Assembly: GCA_973851085.1 (NCBI GenBank)
Contig: OZ316776.1
Span: 3,844,001-3,908,000 of the forward strand
Source: Ptychomitrium polyphyllum
Lineage: Eukaryota
Length of the DNA stretch: 64,000 nt
Direction of reading: 5' to 3'
The notes beneath the pieces were generated by a model. It did no database searches and was not told where the DNA came from. It saw only the letters and a list, made by a program, of their open reading frames with translations. Position numbers and translations under genes: made by a program. This document shows, one piece after another, positions 26,782 through 39,900 of this stretch. The stretch's first letter is position 1, and every line of letters starts with the position of its first letter.

Positions 26782-26913
26782 TTGGAAGGTGGAATGGTTC
26801 CCTTGGGAGGTGGAATGGTTCCCTTGGAAGGTGGAATGGTTCCCTTGGAAGGTGGAATGGTTCCCTTGGACGGTGGAATGGTTCCCTTGGACGGTGGAAT
26901 GGTTCCTTTGGAA
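26782..26913. repeat. Minisatellite, 21-bp unit TTGGAAGGTGGAATGGTTCCC, 6 copies plus a partial copy
   Basis: Units start at 26782, 26803, 26824, 26845, 26866 and 26887, with variants GGAGG, GAAGG and GACGG. Confidence 0.97.
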
Positions 26914-27960
26914 AGAGGGTGTTCAGAGAGCTACTGAAGAATGTTATGGTCTGCCTACCTTTCCAGTCAGACAAATAATTCCTTAGCTGGATCATTGAGC
27001 CTCTCAGCCTCTCTGTCATTGCGGAGGACTGTCCGTTTCAGGACCATGACACCATGTTGTAGCCTGAATGGTGTGACTTACCAAATTATCATTAATGTGA
27101 CTGAATATTGTTGGTTTCTTCATTCCATAATAAAGACGCAAATTCCTACAGATTAGAGTTGGATCCTGTGCCCAAGAATACTTGTACTGCCCATGCCTTA
27201 GAGTGTGTGGTTTGTGGATGAGTATTCAAAAGGTAAGTTAATATAGTTGGCCTATAAATGGGAGAGGTCCTAGCAGGGTTGCATTTACACTATGGAGTGA
27301 CTCCAACCTCCTTTTCATAGAATTACTGTGGCGTAGGGAACATAATTGTCACTTGTAAATAATGTTGGTGCTGAAATTTGGAAGATGCATAAATTTCTTT
27401 CCAGAATCCAGGTTTGTCTCCAACAGAGAAAAGCTTCATAGTATTTTGAATGTATAAAAATAGTCATGAATATGGTTGCATTTTTTTCTAAATATCTTGC
27501 ATTCAGATGATGTTGAGAAGGAATAAAGTGATAAGGCTCTAGTGGACACTGTTATGGACAGTTTTAGAGTTATAGACCATGTAGAAATTTGATTGTCATT
27601 TTTTCCATTACATTTTACAGAACTTACATTATAAAGATCAAATCTGAAAGAGAACAAGTTTTTGTCACAGAGTGTTAGATTGTTCTAAGTTTTCAAAGTG
27701 GACCTCTACATATGTTACTTAGGCAGACCTATTTTAGATGGGAAGGACCAATGAGTTGTTGATTTTTAGCTGGAATTGGTGAGCACAAGTGACTTGTATT
27801 GAAGCTGCTCTGATCAAAACAGAAGTTTGTCTCAATTGACATGGAAGCCCTCATTGGCATTTCCTTCAGCTCAGTGACCATTTTACTGGTGCTTACCTTA
27901 TCACAAATATCTACGTCAGGATCTGAAAATTCCAGTCAGAAAGTATAAGTGCTGCCTTAT
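26908..27960 (+). pseudogene. Decayed multi-exon coding relic of unknown family
   Basis: Protein-like frames broken by stops (GKRVFRELLKNVMVCLPFQSDK*; LELDPVPKNTCTAHALECVVCG*; ENKFLSQSVRLF*VFKVDLYICYLGRPILDGKDQ*VVDF*LELV...), with splice-like sites (cag|att at ~27151, aag|gtaagt at ~27232, tttacag at ~27620). Confidence 0.4.
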
Positions 27961-29669
27961 ATCTTCTCTCATAGCAAACATGAGAAAGGTTTCTACCATA
28001 TTTAATTTAAAGAACTTTCACAATATGATTGGACCCATGTACATTTGTCTATTAGATAAACAATTTGAAGATGGATGAGAAAATGAATTGACTACCTACA
28101 CAATAGTAATTATTGTGAAAAAGTCTTTTGTTGACGATTTTTGAAAGTGCTTTGAAAATGGCAATTGAAAAACTCGTCTACAAATGAAGACTTTTCATGT
28201 CTTGATTTTTTATGACTTTCCATCTCTTTTCATGGTCTATCTTTTGCATATAATATCCATGTTTTAGGATAATTTTATGTTATTTCCTCTTCCACAAGAA
28301 AAGTGTACACAACTCTAAATATTCCTTTGAGGGTATATATGTGGCTGCTTTTGCTAGTTATAATAAGTATAAATAGTGTCACATTCCAATCTATAGGAGT
28401 AATGTTTTTAGTGAGTAGTTGGCAACTTTATACTTATCAATTTTGAAAAAATTACCACAACATGTGAATTCAATGATTTGGATAATTAAATTTGAATATG
28501 AACTTTTTGAAAATGGATATTAATAGAGTAAATTTCTATGACATTTTTTAACAAGATTTGTTTAGACAACCTTTCATTGGAATTTACATTGTTTACCTTA
28601 ATACTTATTGGAAATAACATTAAGTTAAGCAATTGAGATTTGGATTTGGTATAAACTTTATGGTCATGATGTCCATGTTCACTTGTCTAAATGCAAATGT
28701 TTAATTCTCAAAGCTCCAAATTAAAATTCTATAAATATACAATGAGCAAATTTTACAAAAACATATATTACAATACAAAAGTATATAACTTTTGTACATA
28801 ATATAACTTATTCAAAAGATAACATTTCATATGTTTGAAACACTTATAAAGTGTATTTTATCAAAACATAAAAAAAAATATTATAAATCAAGTTTTAGAT
28901 TTTAGAGTTTACAATCTAGCAATCTAATAATTGGATTTGTTTCTATTTTTGGGACAATAACTAACTTTAACCTCCTAAGTAGAATGGTGAAATTAAACTT
29001 TGAAGATTTCATGTGCTTTGACAAATTCAAAGAATTCAAATTTTATAAAAATGGTACCTACATCTTTTGGAGTAAATTATTTTGTAATTTGTTCAAATTT
29101 TTTTTCAAATGAAAATATGAAAGTTCCTTGAAGAACCTATTTTACATTAATAACTCTATGTGCATTCAATTACTTTGATTTTATCAAATAAAAGCCAACA
29201 AAATTTAATAATGTTGAATGTGATCTTCAAATTCCAATATTTTATAATGAATCATGTAACATCTATAACTGATCATATGTAATTTAAGCATTTTTAAAAA
29301 TTTAATAAACGATAGAAGTGATATTTTTAAGTAATACAAGTTTTATTTAAAATTATAAAATCTTTAAGAATGAACTACACACTTGTGTTTGTTATAAGGG
29401 TTGGATTAGCTTACGATCAATTCATGGGAATAGAATGATTTGCAAGCTACTTAAGCTATTCAAAAAAAGTGGCAATATCCACTTAGGTGACAATAAAAAG
29501 TACTACTCTTTCTTGTGGCCATCCAAACAGCCTATAAGTACCCCTCTAATGTACAGTATCAAATTACCATGATCACATGTTCAGCACCAGAAAAATGCAA
29601 GTCAAAGTAAAGACTTTTGAGTTATCCAAAAACAAGCCCAGTGTTTAGTAAATTTTGTTTTCTGTTTCT

Positions 29670-30070
29670 TTAGTATCTATGCATGCCACAATCAGACTTA
29701 TGACTTGCAACAGTGGCTCGCTCTTTTATAATTAACTTTGGATCTAGCTATGGTGGTATGGGGAATGCTAAGCTAGAATTGAAACATTATGCATCTGATG
29801 CCTCTCTACCATGCAAGGCTTTGGTCAAGAGTAAATTCTCTACTACAGCACGAACTACATCTGCCTCCATTTCTTGTGATTCAAACATCTACTCAGAGTC
29901 TGCAAAAAGTTCCTCAAGTACTGACATTTCACATAACACTTTTGGCATATAAATTCAGACAAAATCACTTGCACTAAGTGCAGCTTCAAGCAGCAAAATT
30001 TGACATCCTCGCTTTTTTAAATGTTCTACGTTATAGAGTGCACTATGGAATGCCACTTTCCATAAAAGGA
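29670..30070 (-). pseudogene. Decayed ORF of unknown family (~130 codons)
   Basis: Single frame WKVAFHSALYNVEHLKKRGCQILLLEAALSASDFV*IYMPKVLCEMSVLEELFADSE*MFESQEMEADVVRAVVENLLLTKALHGREASDA*CFNSSLAFPIPP*LDPKLII, with four internal stops and no frameshift. Confidence 0.45.
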
Positions 30071-32857
30071 AAAGATATCATATATTCTATAATCCATCTT
30101 ACTGTACTATGTTGTTTTATAAAGGCATTTCAATAATAAGCTTAGCAACCAATTGATTGTAGGCATTGGTAGCCAATTGAACACCGACAGCATGTGAATA
30201 AGTGTTAAAAAGAACACTTGATCAGACGTGCTTGAAAGCATCGACGTTCAGTGGGCTACAAGATATAGCTCACAGCAGCTTCCACTGTCGGTGGAGAAGT
30301 GTAACTACATTGAGAATCTTTCAGCAATAATGCAGAGTGGCAAAGAATGAAGGAAACTGAACGAAATAATATTTTATGATTTTTATTGTTTATGATCATC
30401 ACTAATATTATTATCTACTTTTTATTCCTCCGACATTATTCTTAATTTTCACTCACCTTCACTACTATTGGGAATCTTTCGTGCGTCAATTAGTTGACAG
30501 TGGAGCAGGCTGAAGAAGTTTGGAGCAGTAAATCTGGAACAATACGAATGGCTAGCAGCAAAATGCCTGAAAGTTGCGGATATTGGATGCCATTGCACAC
30601 TAGTAGCTAAACCATAGGGTGGACCGTGGAACATTTCATCGATGGTGGCAGGCAGACAGTGAGGCACCCAAAACATGCTGACAATCCTGTCGCTCAGTTG
30701 AACCAGAAACGATTGGTTACTTACGTAACGACGATGTATCCCAAACCTGAGGAGATTCCATGTGCTTTGGCACCCGCTTGTCGTGTGCGCCGATCTCTTG
30801 GAACTGATCTATCCAAGGTATCACACATGTGCCTCTGCACCCCCTAAGTTTGTAGCCTAGGTCTGGATTCTAGAAGCTTTGGCCATGATTTTGTTGTTTT
30901 AACTTTTTGCTATGTGGCGTCAACCATGATTCTAGGTGTGGACTCGGGGATTCCTTGTGATCGTGGCGTTGTTGGTCATCTTCCCGAATTTCTGTCGAGG
31001 TCGTTTTGCATTCGGATCAATCCAGTGAATGTTTGCAGTCAGGTTGGAAGTACTTGTCGGCTCTAGACTCTGTAGTAGATACATGAATGGAACACCAAGG
31101 CCTCCTCGAGATGCAGCGCTGAAATGGCTTGTAAATAGGAAGCTCTCAGGCCTTGGTGAAGGATCGGATTGCACAGGCTGTGGTGGAGGACGCCAGTCGG
31201 AAGCTCAGGTATAATCAGGCCTGGGGTGCGTATCATACTGTACCGGTAGTGCCCACGAGCTGGAATACAGGCAATATTGGTCCTGGTTTGTTCTGGCCTT
31301 GCCAAAGAATCTTGGTGCAAGCATTCGGCGAATGCCCAGGTAGTCATTGAATTCAGAATAGAATCCACGGTCTTCCTGTCTGATTTGATCAATCAAATTG
31401 GAGCTAAGTTAGGTTACGTCGTTTGATGGAATTATAGGTTCAGTTAATGGCGAAGAGCTCAACGACAGGCAGGTGCTCGTAAAAACAGTGTAGCTGAAAT
31501 ATTTCACGTACAGATCACAAACACTTACCGTCATGAGCAATTCAGGAACATGGCAAGCCAATCCTAGGGTGCATTTTGAAAACAACACAGCCTAAGATCA
31601 ATTGTAGGATATGTGGCATGACAAGGTACTAGCCGCTGCATTGATTGTTGCCATTAGTGTGAGCCACAGTAATTTCGAATTCTGGGACTCTCATATTGTA
31701 GTAAATCACAGAAATTGAGAATTGCTACAATAATACCATTTATTAAATACAACGCATAGTAGTATATGTATAGTGTGGACCACACTAATTTAGCGTGAAG
31801 GAAACAACAATAAAATTTTCTTATGCTGACATTTTGAAAACATGATAAATATTATTGTTATTAAGAAGCTTGTTTTATTATTAGGTTCTTGCGTTTGATT
31901 TCACAAGTCTCCATCGGAACTAGTGAGGATTGATGTAAAATTAGACTTACTGTAATGGCACAAATAGGTGCTTATGGTAGTCTGACTGCTGTACCTTTAG
32001 TCTTGCTTCAACCGGGAGTCAACAGTATTGAAAGTATTAGGAATGGTTGTTTTATAGCCCAGTTCAGAAAGGCTTGCAAAACTGTTTCACTTTCTCTTCA
32101 TCGTCTTTTGTAGCGGTGCTGCCAAGTTTTGGGGAACAATACTTTCCAATTTTCAAGTCCGCTCTTCCAGCATGTTCGAACTTCAGAGCTTGGAAGGCTA
32201 ACACGGACGATGAGAAAACATACAGCACAGCTTGCCTAACATAGACAAATGCAAAAAGCTTGTGAGATTGTGTTACATGGTCATGAGAGCTGGGAACAAG
32301 TCTTGAGCATAGTACATGGTCACTACTACTTCTCATAAAAGGAGAAGAATCACTTCTGGCGCTCATACATAGTACTATATGTGGCTGGAAATGATACCAA
32401 AAATCTTACAGTCTCTGTTGTCAGAGTTGGTGCGGAAATGGTTGGAAGAGAATCAAATTGATGTGTCCAACTGCTCTAAAGAGATAACGCCGTACAACCA
32501 TTGTATTCATAAATCATTGATGACAATTTCTCGTTTAGTTCTCATACGGTGTTCATTCTTGTCGCCTTCTCAACAGCCTTGCGTAATACAAAGTTGCAAC
32601 CTCCAATCGAAACTCTCTTCACAGAAGGGCCACATTGTTGGTACATCGACGAAATAACCATTCATGTCACTAACTGCAACTGATTGTTCATGGATGTAAC
32701 AATTTCCCAGGTGACCTGAAATGACATAATATGTAGTGGGTGCTGTATGACATCTAATGCAAATTTTCTTCACAAAAAACATCCTATAAAATGCATTCTC
32801 ATAACATTTTAACATTAGAATACGAGCCAATCTGTCAATAAATTACCTGATCAAAGA

Positions 32858-35847
32858 TTAAGAAGAATCTGAATCACCGTCCTCATTCTGAGTAGCCCAC
32901 CAAAAACTCACAGAAAAACTAGAAGTAAGGGACTGCACATAGTGCCACCACTTCGGCGGAATGTACAGCATTTGCCCTTCCTCTAAAACGCAATCTATGA
33001 ACTTCACATGTTCAAAATTGGGGAATTTTACTAGGTCTACGTTGGTCAAATCGACCTGGAAACAAATAACGCGAGCAATAATTAGATTAGCTGTACTTGA
33101 GATCTTTGATACAAGTATCTCGAAAGCGCACGAATCAATTCACCGTGGACATGATGAAGATAATGCAATGAACTCCGCACAAACTTTGGCAACATAAGAT
33201 TGAAGAAAAACATCTCTTACATTTACAACCAATCCATGATGCCAGCATATGTTCTGAATACCTGACTGGAGTTGCAAAGCATCTTTTCAGTGTATGGATA
33301 AAGCTTTGGAGAGAATTCTGGTGAATATAGTCTTACGTACTTCCGTCCTACCACCTGTAGAACCACGAGGTTGTAATCAAGAAACAGTTTACATAAGTCC
33401 CGAAAAAGGAAATATCATAAAAAGACAACTTCATGGTATAGTACAACGTCTCAAAGTACCTTTCGCAACAGTTCTAGACTTTTACCACATAAATGAGTAG
33501 CTGCTTCCAAAATACTCCCCACGTGCACAAACCAGATTGACAACAATCAAACCAAAGTTAAATCAGTCAAAACCTGTGCTAAAAGATTGTGGTGAGGATC
33601 GTGATGTAAAGGAGTGATCGTTCTAGCAGGACCAAGCCAGGCGTTTATAGATTGAAGGTCGCCACCCCCAATGGAGCAATAATCTGGGATAAATATGTCT
33701 GCTTTCAGCTCAGGAACCTGTATTGATAAAACAAAGCACTGCGTACAATCAGAATAATCAGCCAAGCATCTACACGAACAGCAACCCAGCCTGGAATTTA
33801 ACATCGATTTTGAATACCATGATTATATCATAAAAGAGTATATATGTAAATAAAGCCTTTCCAAAAAGGAGAAGGTCGATTCATCTGATATGCATTTCAC
33901 ACCTGCTCAAAAAGTGGATGCTGAGCAAGGTATGGCCGAGTGGTGGCCTGTGCATGAGAGTAACTTAGAGATCTCTCTAAGAACTGGGAAAGTGTCATAA
34001 GCTCCTGCTTCCAATCTGCAGCAAGATAATGTTCCCCAACCTGCCCTGATTGTCGCAAGTTCAAGTTACTAAGCCCAAAGACCAAAAACCACAAACTTGG
34101 TAGAATCCTTTCACTCCAATGATTCATCAAACGCTAATACATCGCCTACCATCCAAAATGCCTGCTAATGAACTCATCACTAGTTTTAAATTTTTTTAAA
34201 AAGCAGAATGCTGATTTTGAAAAGGTTGGGAGGGTTGCTAAAAAGGAATGCTTTAATACCATATTTCATTCAGAAGGTCAGCGAGAATCATATCAAACTA
34301 ACCTCTACAGGAACTGTGCGATGCCCAGCAACCCTCTGCAAATAGGCGATGTCATTCCAGTTCTTCAAAGCAGGCCAATGATTGATCGAATCAGTGAGGA
34401 CTACTGGTACTCCAGACAGAAAATAATCACGAACAAAAATCTCCAGTGAAGGGCAACTTATTTGCTCTACTAAGAAGCCCTGCAAAGAGCCTGCCGGTAG
34501 AGCATTCAATTCCTGACATTACCAAAGCACATTGTCAACGTCCTATGTCCCTCACTAGACAAAGCATCAAGAATGAGAAATGAAATGAATAAGACCACAC
34601 ACAATGACCCACAACAGGATGTCAATAAGTCTTACAAACCCAAATAAACCATGGATAAGAGATAAATTTCCCCCGAATATTCAGTACAACCATAAGCGGG
34701 TCCACTACTTACATGACGCAAGACGAGACGAGAGCTAGCATTCAAAAAAATTGCGTGGTAACGTTAAAGGCTCCGAGAACAATTTGAAGCCATTTATTGA
34801 AATGTATAAAGTTCCGTGCCTTGTCTACCTTTAACCTATATACAGAGAGCACTGACGTACCCGGATCCACATTAGACGCCAGCAATGAGGTACTGAAAAA
34901 GAAGCGCACAACTATTCAGCTATGAAGAGGAAATGATATCAAAAGAAAGACAATTCATTGACCTCATGTAGCAGTTGTTCCTCTATTTTCTTTCTCAGCT
35001 GCACATCCTGCACGTTCAATAAGGCTATCTGCGGACGACTCCCTTGATGAACATCATTTGGCGTCTCAAGGCCCTTGGCTGTACCTGTCGCAAAGCTGAT
35101 ACTGTGCAGTGAAAAATCAACTTCCTTACGAAATCTAGGGCCTCCCATGATCACTCCAAGATCCAAAACTTTCAGCGCTTCTATAGCCCGGCTGGCACGG
35201 TAATGGCATGACGCCAAGGACAAGCACGAGAGAGAGAAGGCATCACGCCACACCAGAGGCACGTTTTGCCACGGTCCTGCGTGTAACTCCTCCCAAGCTA
35301 ATTCATATGCAGCTTCTGCGGCTTCCTCGTCACCCCTGCACCAGGCCTTCTCTGCAAGTCCCGCAAACACCACGCCCCCTTCATTGCGCACCTACAAAGC
35401 ACTCATCCAATATCTAACATTGCTCACCATATCTCTAATGCACATTCACGACATTAAATTCACTGACATTTTCAAACCCCGAAACAACGAATCGTGTACA
35501 CTTATCCTTCCACTGAAATATTCAACTAAAAATTCTATCCTCCCCAGAAAGGAAACCTCAAATACACCATCGCCACGTTAAGATATCAATCCCACAGCAA
35601 ACTCCACAACCGCACTCCACACCATATCTCATCCCATCATTCCCCATGCTCATCGCAACATCACACCACATCACAGACACTAAGCACACCACAAGAAACA
35701 GCAGACATCAAAAATACAAGAAATTCAAGACTCGGATCCAAGAAATCACAAATGTGATTCACCACCAAAACCTGAAACGAAATTAGGTCACATCCAACGC
35801 ACCTGGTTGAGAAACTGGAGGACCTGCGACTCCTCAACGGAAGGCAT
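32858..35847 (-). CDS. JMJ30: JmjC-only protein JMJ30/JMJD5 (KDM8) ortholog; 7 exons: 35847-35803, 35391-34963, 34512-34303, 34040-33903, 33717-33574, 33354-33262, 33055-32858
   Basis: Motifs [55 protein letters not shown], Fe-binding [10 protein letters not shown] and [10 protein letters not shown]. All introns are phase-0 GT-AG. An in-frame stop lies upstream of the ATG at 35847. Confidence 0.94.
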
Positions 35848-36759
35848 GGACAAACTGCGAGTGTTCAACGACGACTACTCCAATCAATCCGCTGCAGTGA
35901 CCTCCACGGCAACCTCCTCACTATTTTCCAAGTAATGCTGCAGCTGCTCCTACCAATCCACTCCAGGCGCGCGTAGCGGAGCGCGAGAGCACGATGAGCC
36001 CCAGCAAGTCATGAGCAACGATCACAGCAAAGGAAGTTCGAGAGTTGTACTGTCCCTTCCGTCCGGCGCCGTGCCTTGATATAACTTATAGGCTCGTCTA
36101 CAACCACCTGCTGCAAGTGGCAGGGAAAGAGATCAAAAAAAGAAATGCTGCTGATTGACGGTTAAAACAAAGGCACCACTTGCTCGGCAGCGGCAATCCA
36201 TGCCTGATTCTGTGGCTCACGGGTGAGTACTTCAGAGTCCTGAGAGCGTACCTCCCTCAAGTGGCCAAACCCTTGCTGCAAGTTGCAGCCAGATCTTTAT
36301 GCGCAACTCCTTCAGTGTTGTGCATTTCCACTGCATGGCGAGCTCCCTCTCTCCCTCTCTCTCTTTTTCTCTGCACTGGGGCCCCCAGATCTTTCTCTCG
36401 TTTTCCTTCTCTCCCGCTTGCAGGGGCCGGCGGCTGCCCGAGCTGCTGCCCATGCTTCTCTTTACGCCATTTCTTTCCACAAGGACAGCATTGGGGAAAA
36501 TAAAGGGGAGAAGCGATTGAAAGAGTTGGATGAAAATGCCAACTCTGAATAATTATTGTAGCACCGATGCTATTTTGGAGGAATTCCTTCGTTTTTACAG
36601 ATATCAGTATTTCGTAAATGATTTTTGATTTTCAAAATTCCAAAGAACACAAGGAGAAAAGTGTTTAATTGGTTTTGCCGCCCCAGTACGTGCCCAGAAA
36701 CCAAAAAAATTAATTATGCTTCGTGCTTCATGGGTGTTGATTCAAGGAACGCATCCTAG

Positions 36760-36966
36760 AACCGTTATCGTACGTAAAACCGTCAACGTGATCTACAGGA
36801 ATTGTGCGTTTCCCTTCCTGAAATCTAAAACGTTTATCTTCAACGTCAAGTTTGGGCGGCCGTCACTGTACACATTTTCAACGATATGTACAGCTCTCGT
36901 AGGATCAGGAACGTAATTATACGTCATATGTAGGCAATGTCGATGGTTTGGAGTACGATGACGGTT
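36760..36966. repeat. Imperfect ~67-bp-arm inverted repeat (foldback/MITE-like)
   Basis: 36760-36785 matches the reverse complement of 36941-36966 at 20/26 positions. The inner blocks CTACA and TTCCTGA stay in the same register. Confidence 0.6.
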
Positions 36967-39900
36967 TTGAGTATAAATTTGTCAGGTGTAGTACTATGGT
37001 CTTGCAGTGTTTTGACTGACTGCCCTGTGCCCGTTTAAGGGACCGCGTTTGGGAGCAGTGTCGCATGTGAACCTGGCTCAGGCACAGAGCTGGCTGTTTT
37101 TGGGGATGGAGTGGAGTTTGACTTTGGAAATAGTATGCAACTCTGTTCCTGAATCCGAATTCAAGATTGGATTTTCACGCATGGGTCTCGTGCCTCTTGT
37201 TCTGGAGGATATGATGCCCGGCTACCTGCTGCCAAGACTATTCTCCAGCCCTAAGGATTGCTGGCACATCCAGAGTGGGATGCCCGGAACTTTTGGGTTC
37301 TAACTTCAGACCAGTGTTTACTTTTCTACTTTAGTCAGGTTACTAAACATAATGTGTCCAAACATAAATCAAGATCAGAAAAACTTAAATCGAATTCCAG
37401 ATCGTCGAGTTGTGCAGCTTCTTTTAACCCCTTGCTATAATGTGTATGTGAACCGATTGATTCATTTTCATTAGGCCTCAAATTCATATAAGAAAAAGTC
37501 ATGTTGTGTACCAATGAAAAAGAAAGTTTTTTCTAACACGTCAAAACAAAAAAAAATAATCAAAATTTGATTGCAAATGTTCAAAAATTTATTCTCATTT
37601 TTTGATTAGACACTAGATGGGAGCAAATTTTGGATTGGACACTACATGGAATCATCATTTCTAAGGCCTACAAAAACAATGTTCACCCGTATACAAGTTC
37701 TTTAGAAGATTGTTCATCTTTTGATTTGATTATTAATAAAAAAATTGTGCAATGATATTGTTTAAATTAGTATTACATGTTATAATGCTTTGAAAGTCCA
37801 TTTTAGTATAAAGAATGATTCCAATGGCAATATTTTTATTGGAAGTGATTTATAAAAGGTGTTGAATTCTTCTTTCTTTTTTGTTCCTTTTTTCCTTCAA
37901 ACATATTTCTTGTATATATGGAATAAGCCTCATGTAGGGTCTATGCAGAATAATTTGTTTTGTACAATATTGGCTCTTAATTTGAAAGGAGAAATATTTA
38001 CACTATTTTTCAATTTATAACACAATTTTGGAAAACCAAACTAAATTTGAATTAATTTATAATTTATAAATTAATTAGAAAAAAAATTCTTGGTTATTGT
38101 ATTTTACAATGAAAATTGCGTTTTAGTAATTTATTATTTGATTACAAAAAGTATATAGAAAACAAGATTATTATTCTTTATCATTTACATATTAAGTCTT
38201 CTTTGAGGTTTTGTACTATTTGTAAAATGAATCAAATGTATTGATTTTGGTTTTATTGTAAATATAATGTATATTTCTAAAATAATCATTAAATATTATC
38301 AAAAAATTTATTTAATTTTAATTGATGGTATTTTGAATATATATATATATATATATAAATATAAGTAAGAACATTTTTCTTTTTAAATTGTATAATTATA
38401 TAAATATGTGGTTTATTTTTAAAATAATTCTTTAGGCTCTAAAATGAAACATTAGAAAAGTAATAATGGTAATTTATATTAATAAAAGCAAGTAGTTTTG
38501 CATTAAAGTGGCTCAATAATTTACAAATTTAACTCCAATTTTTCTTAATTGATTAAGAATTTCAAATTTAAAAGCTTCAAATTATTTTTTATCTAAAGCA
38601 AATAAAATTTTTATAATGATTTTCTTTTCAAATCTATAATTGGTCTTAAATGGAATGCAAATATATCTTAAAACTTGCTCTTATATCAATCTAAACAACA
38701 TACATTTTCACCTGCATTTTCATATGTACTTCCTTTATTCTTCTATATCACTTCTATTATCCATATAAGTTTATGTCTTGTGTTATGTTACTGTCCTATG
38801 AAAATATTGTAAGTCTTTCCCTCAATGGTCCCTCCTTCTTCTTCAATGGTGATACAAAGACAATTTTGAACTTCATCTCTTAGTTAAAGCAGATGTGTTA
38901 TTTAAGTTAGATAGGACAATGTCTTCAAATTAAATTCATCTATGCAATATTACAATTGATATCCATCTTCAGTTCATAAGTTGTAATTCACAATTTTATT
39001 GATTTTTTTTTAAATTAAACATGTTGTTAGGATAAATTTATGATTATTGAAAAGCAACACCTTGTGATAAAATACAATTAAGTATTATATACAAACTTCA
39101 AGAAAATTATGAAATTGGTAAAAAAAACAACAAAATGGTTGGAAGACCAAATTACTAATGATAATAACAAAGAAAATTGACAATAAAAAACAAGGAAGAA
39201 GCCTTGGTATATTTTTTCATAAATTTCATTACCTCATTGAGCTTAAATGACTTTGAGCATAATTTATATCAAGTTTAATTGTTAATCTGATGTGATTTAA
39301 AAACAGATATCAAGCATGTAATAGCCAAATAGTGAAAAGAAACTACCAACATTAAATAGAAGACAAGGTTGGATTTGGAATTGCTCATGAATGAAATTAC
39401 AAAAAAAAAAACTATCAACTTACTTTTGAAAGCAATTGAAAATTCTAAAACTGGAGAGGGAATTTAAGATAAGGTTAGTTTTCATTCTTAGTACCAAAAT
39501 AATAGGAACTTTTTTGTTTAAAAGCATTATATCTTTTGAAATATCATAGATCTAAATAAAAATGAGCTATAGAACTATAAGTCATAAATCTTGTAGAAGA
39601 CTTATTGCCATTGATTAAGATCAAATTTGGAATTATATGGCTTCAAAGTTTAAAGATCATATTTTTTTTAAATTACAAAATAACTTTTAAATTTTGGCAC
39701 ATGGATTGTTTTTAGATCAGCATTAGAATTCAAATTCTAATGCTAAATGTATTCCAATAAAAAAAAATTAATGATTCAAATTTCTTTAATATCATTTTAA
39801 AAACATATTTGTGATTTTATTCTATTTATCAAAAATTATAATTGAATTTTAAATGGCTTTTTAATTTTGTTATATGGTTCAAATTTTACAAAAAAAATAA

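Noticed and set aside
26866..26907. Resemblance of the TTGGACGG...TCCC unit to miR319
   Set aside because: Only the ends match and no precursor stem is evident.
26123..26913. CRISPR-like appearance of the two repeat arrays
   Set aside because: Units are head-to-tail with no unique spacers, there are no cas genes and the context is eukaryotic.
26037..27019. ORFs with LTETAQLP, REPFHLP and WKVEWFP repeats
   Set aside because: These are translation artefacts of minisatellites whose unit lengths are multiples of 3.
32064..32366. Minus-strand ORF downstream of JMJ30
   Set aside because: No domain recognised; more likely 3' UTR or intergenic sequence.
36180..37440. Divergent coding gene upstream of JMJ30
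   Set aside because: A donor-like site and short ORFs exist, but no coherent protein can be assembled.
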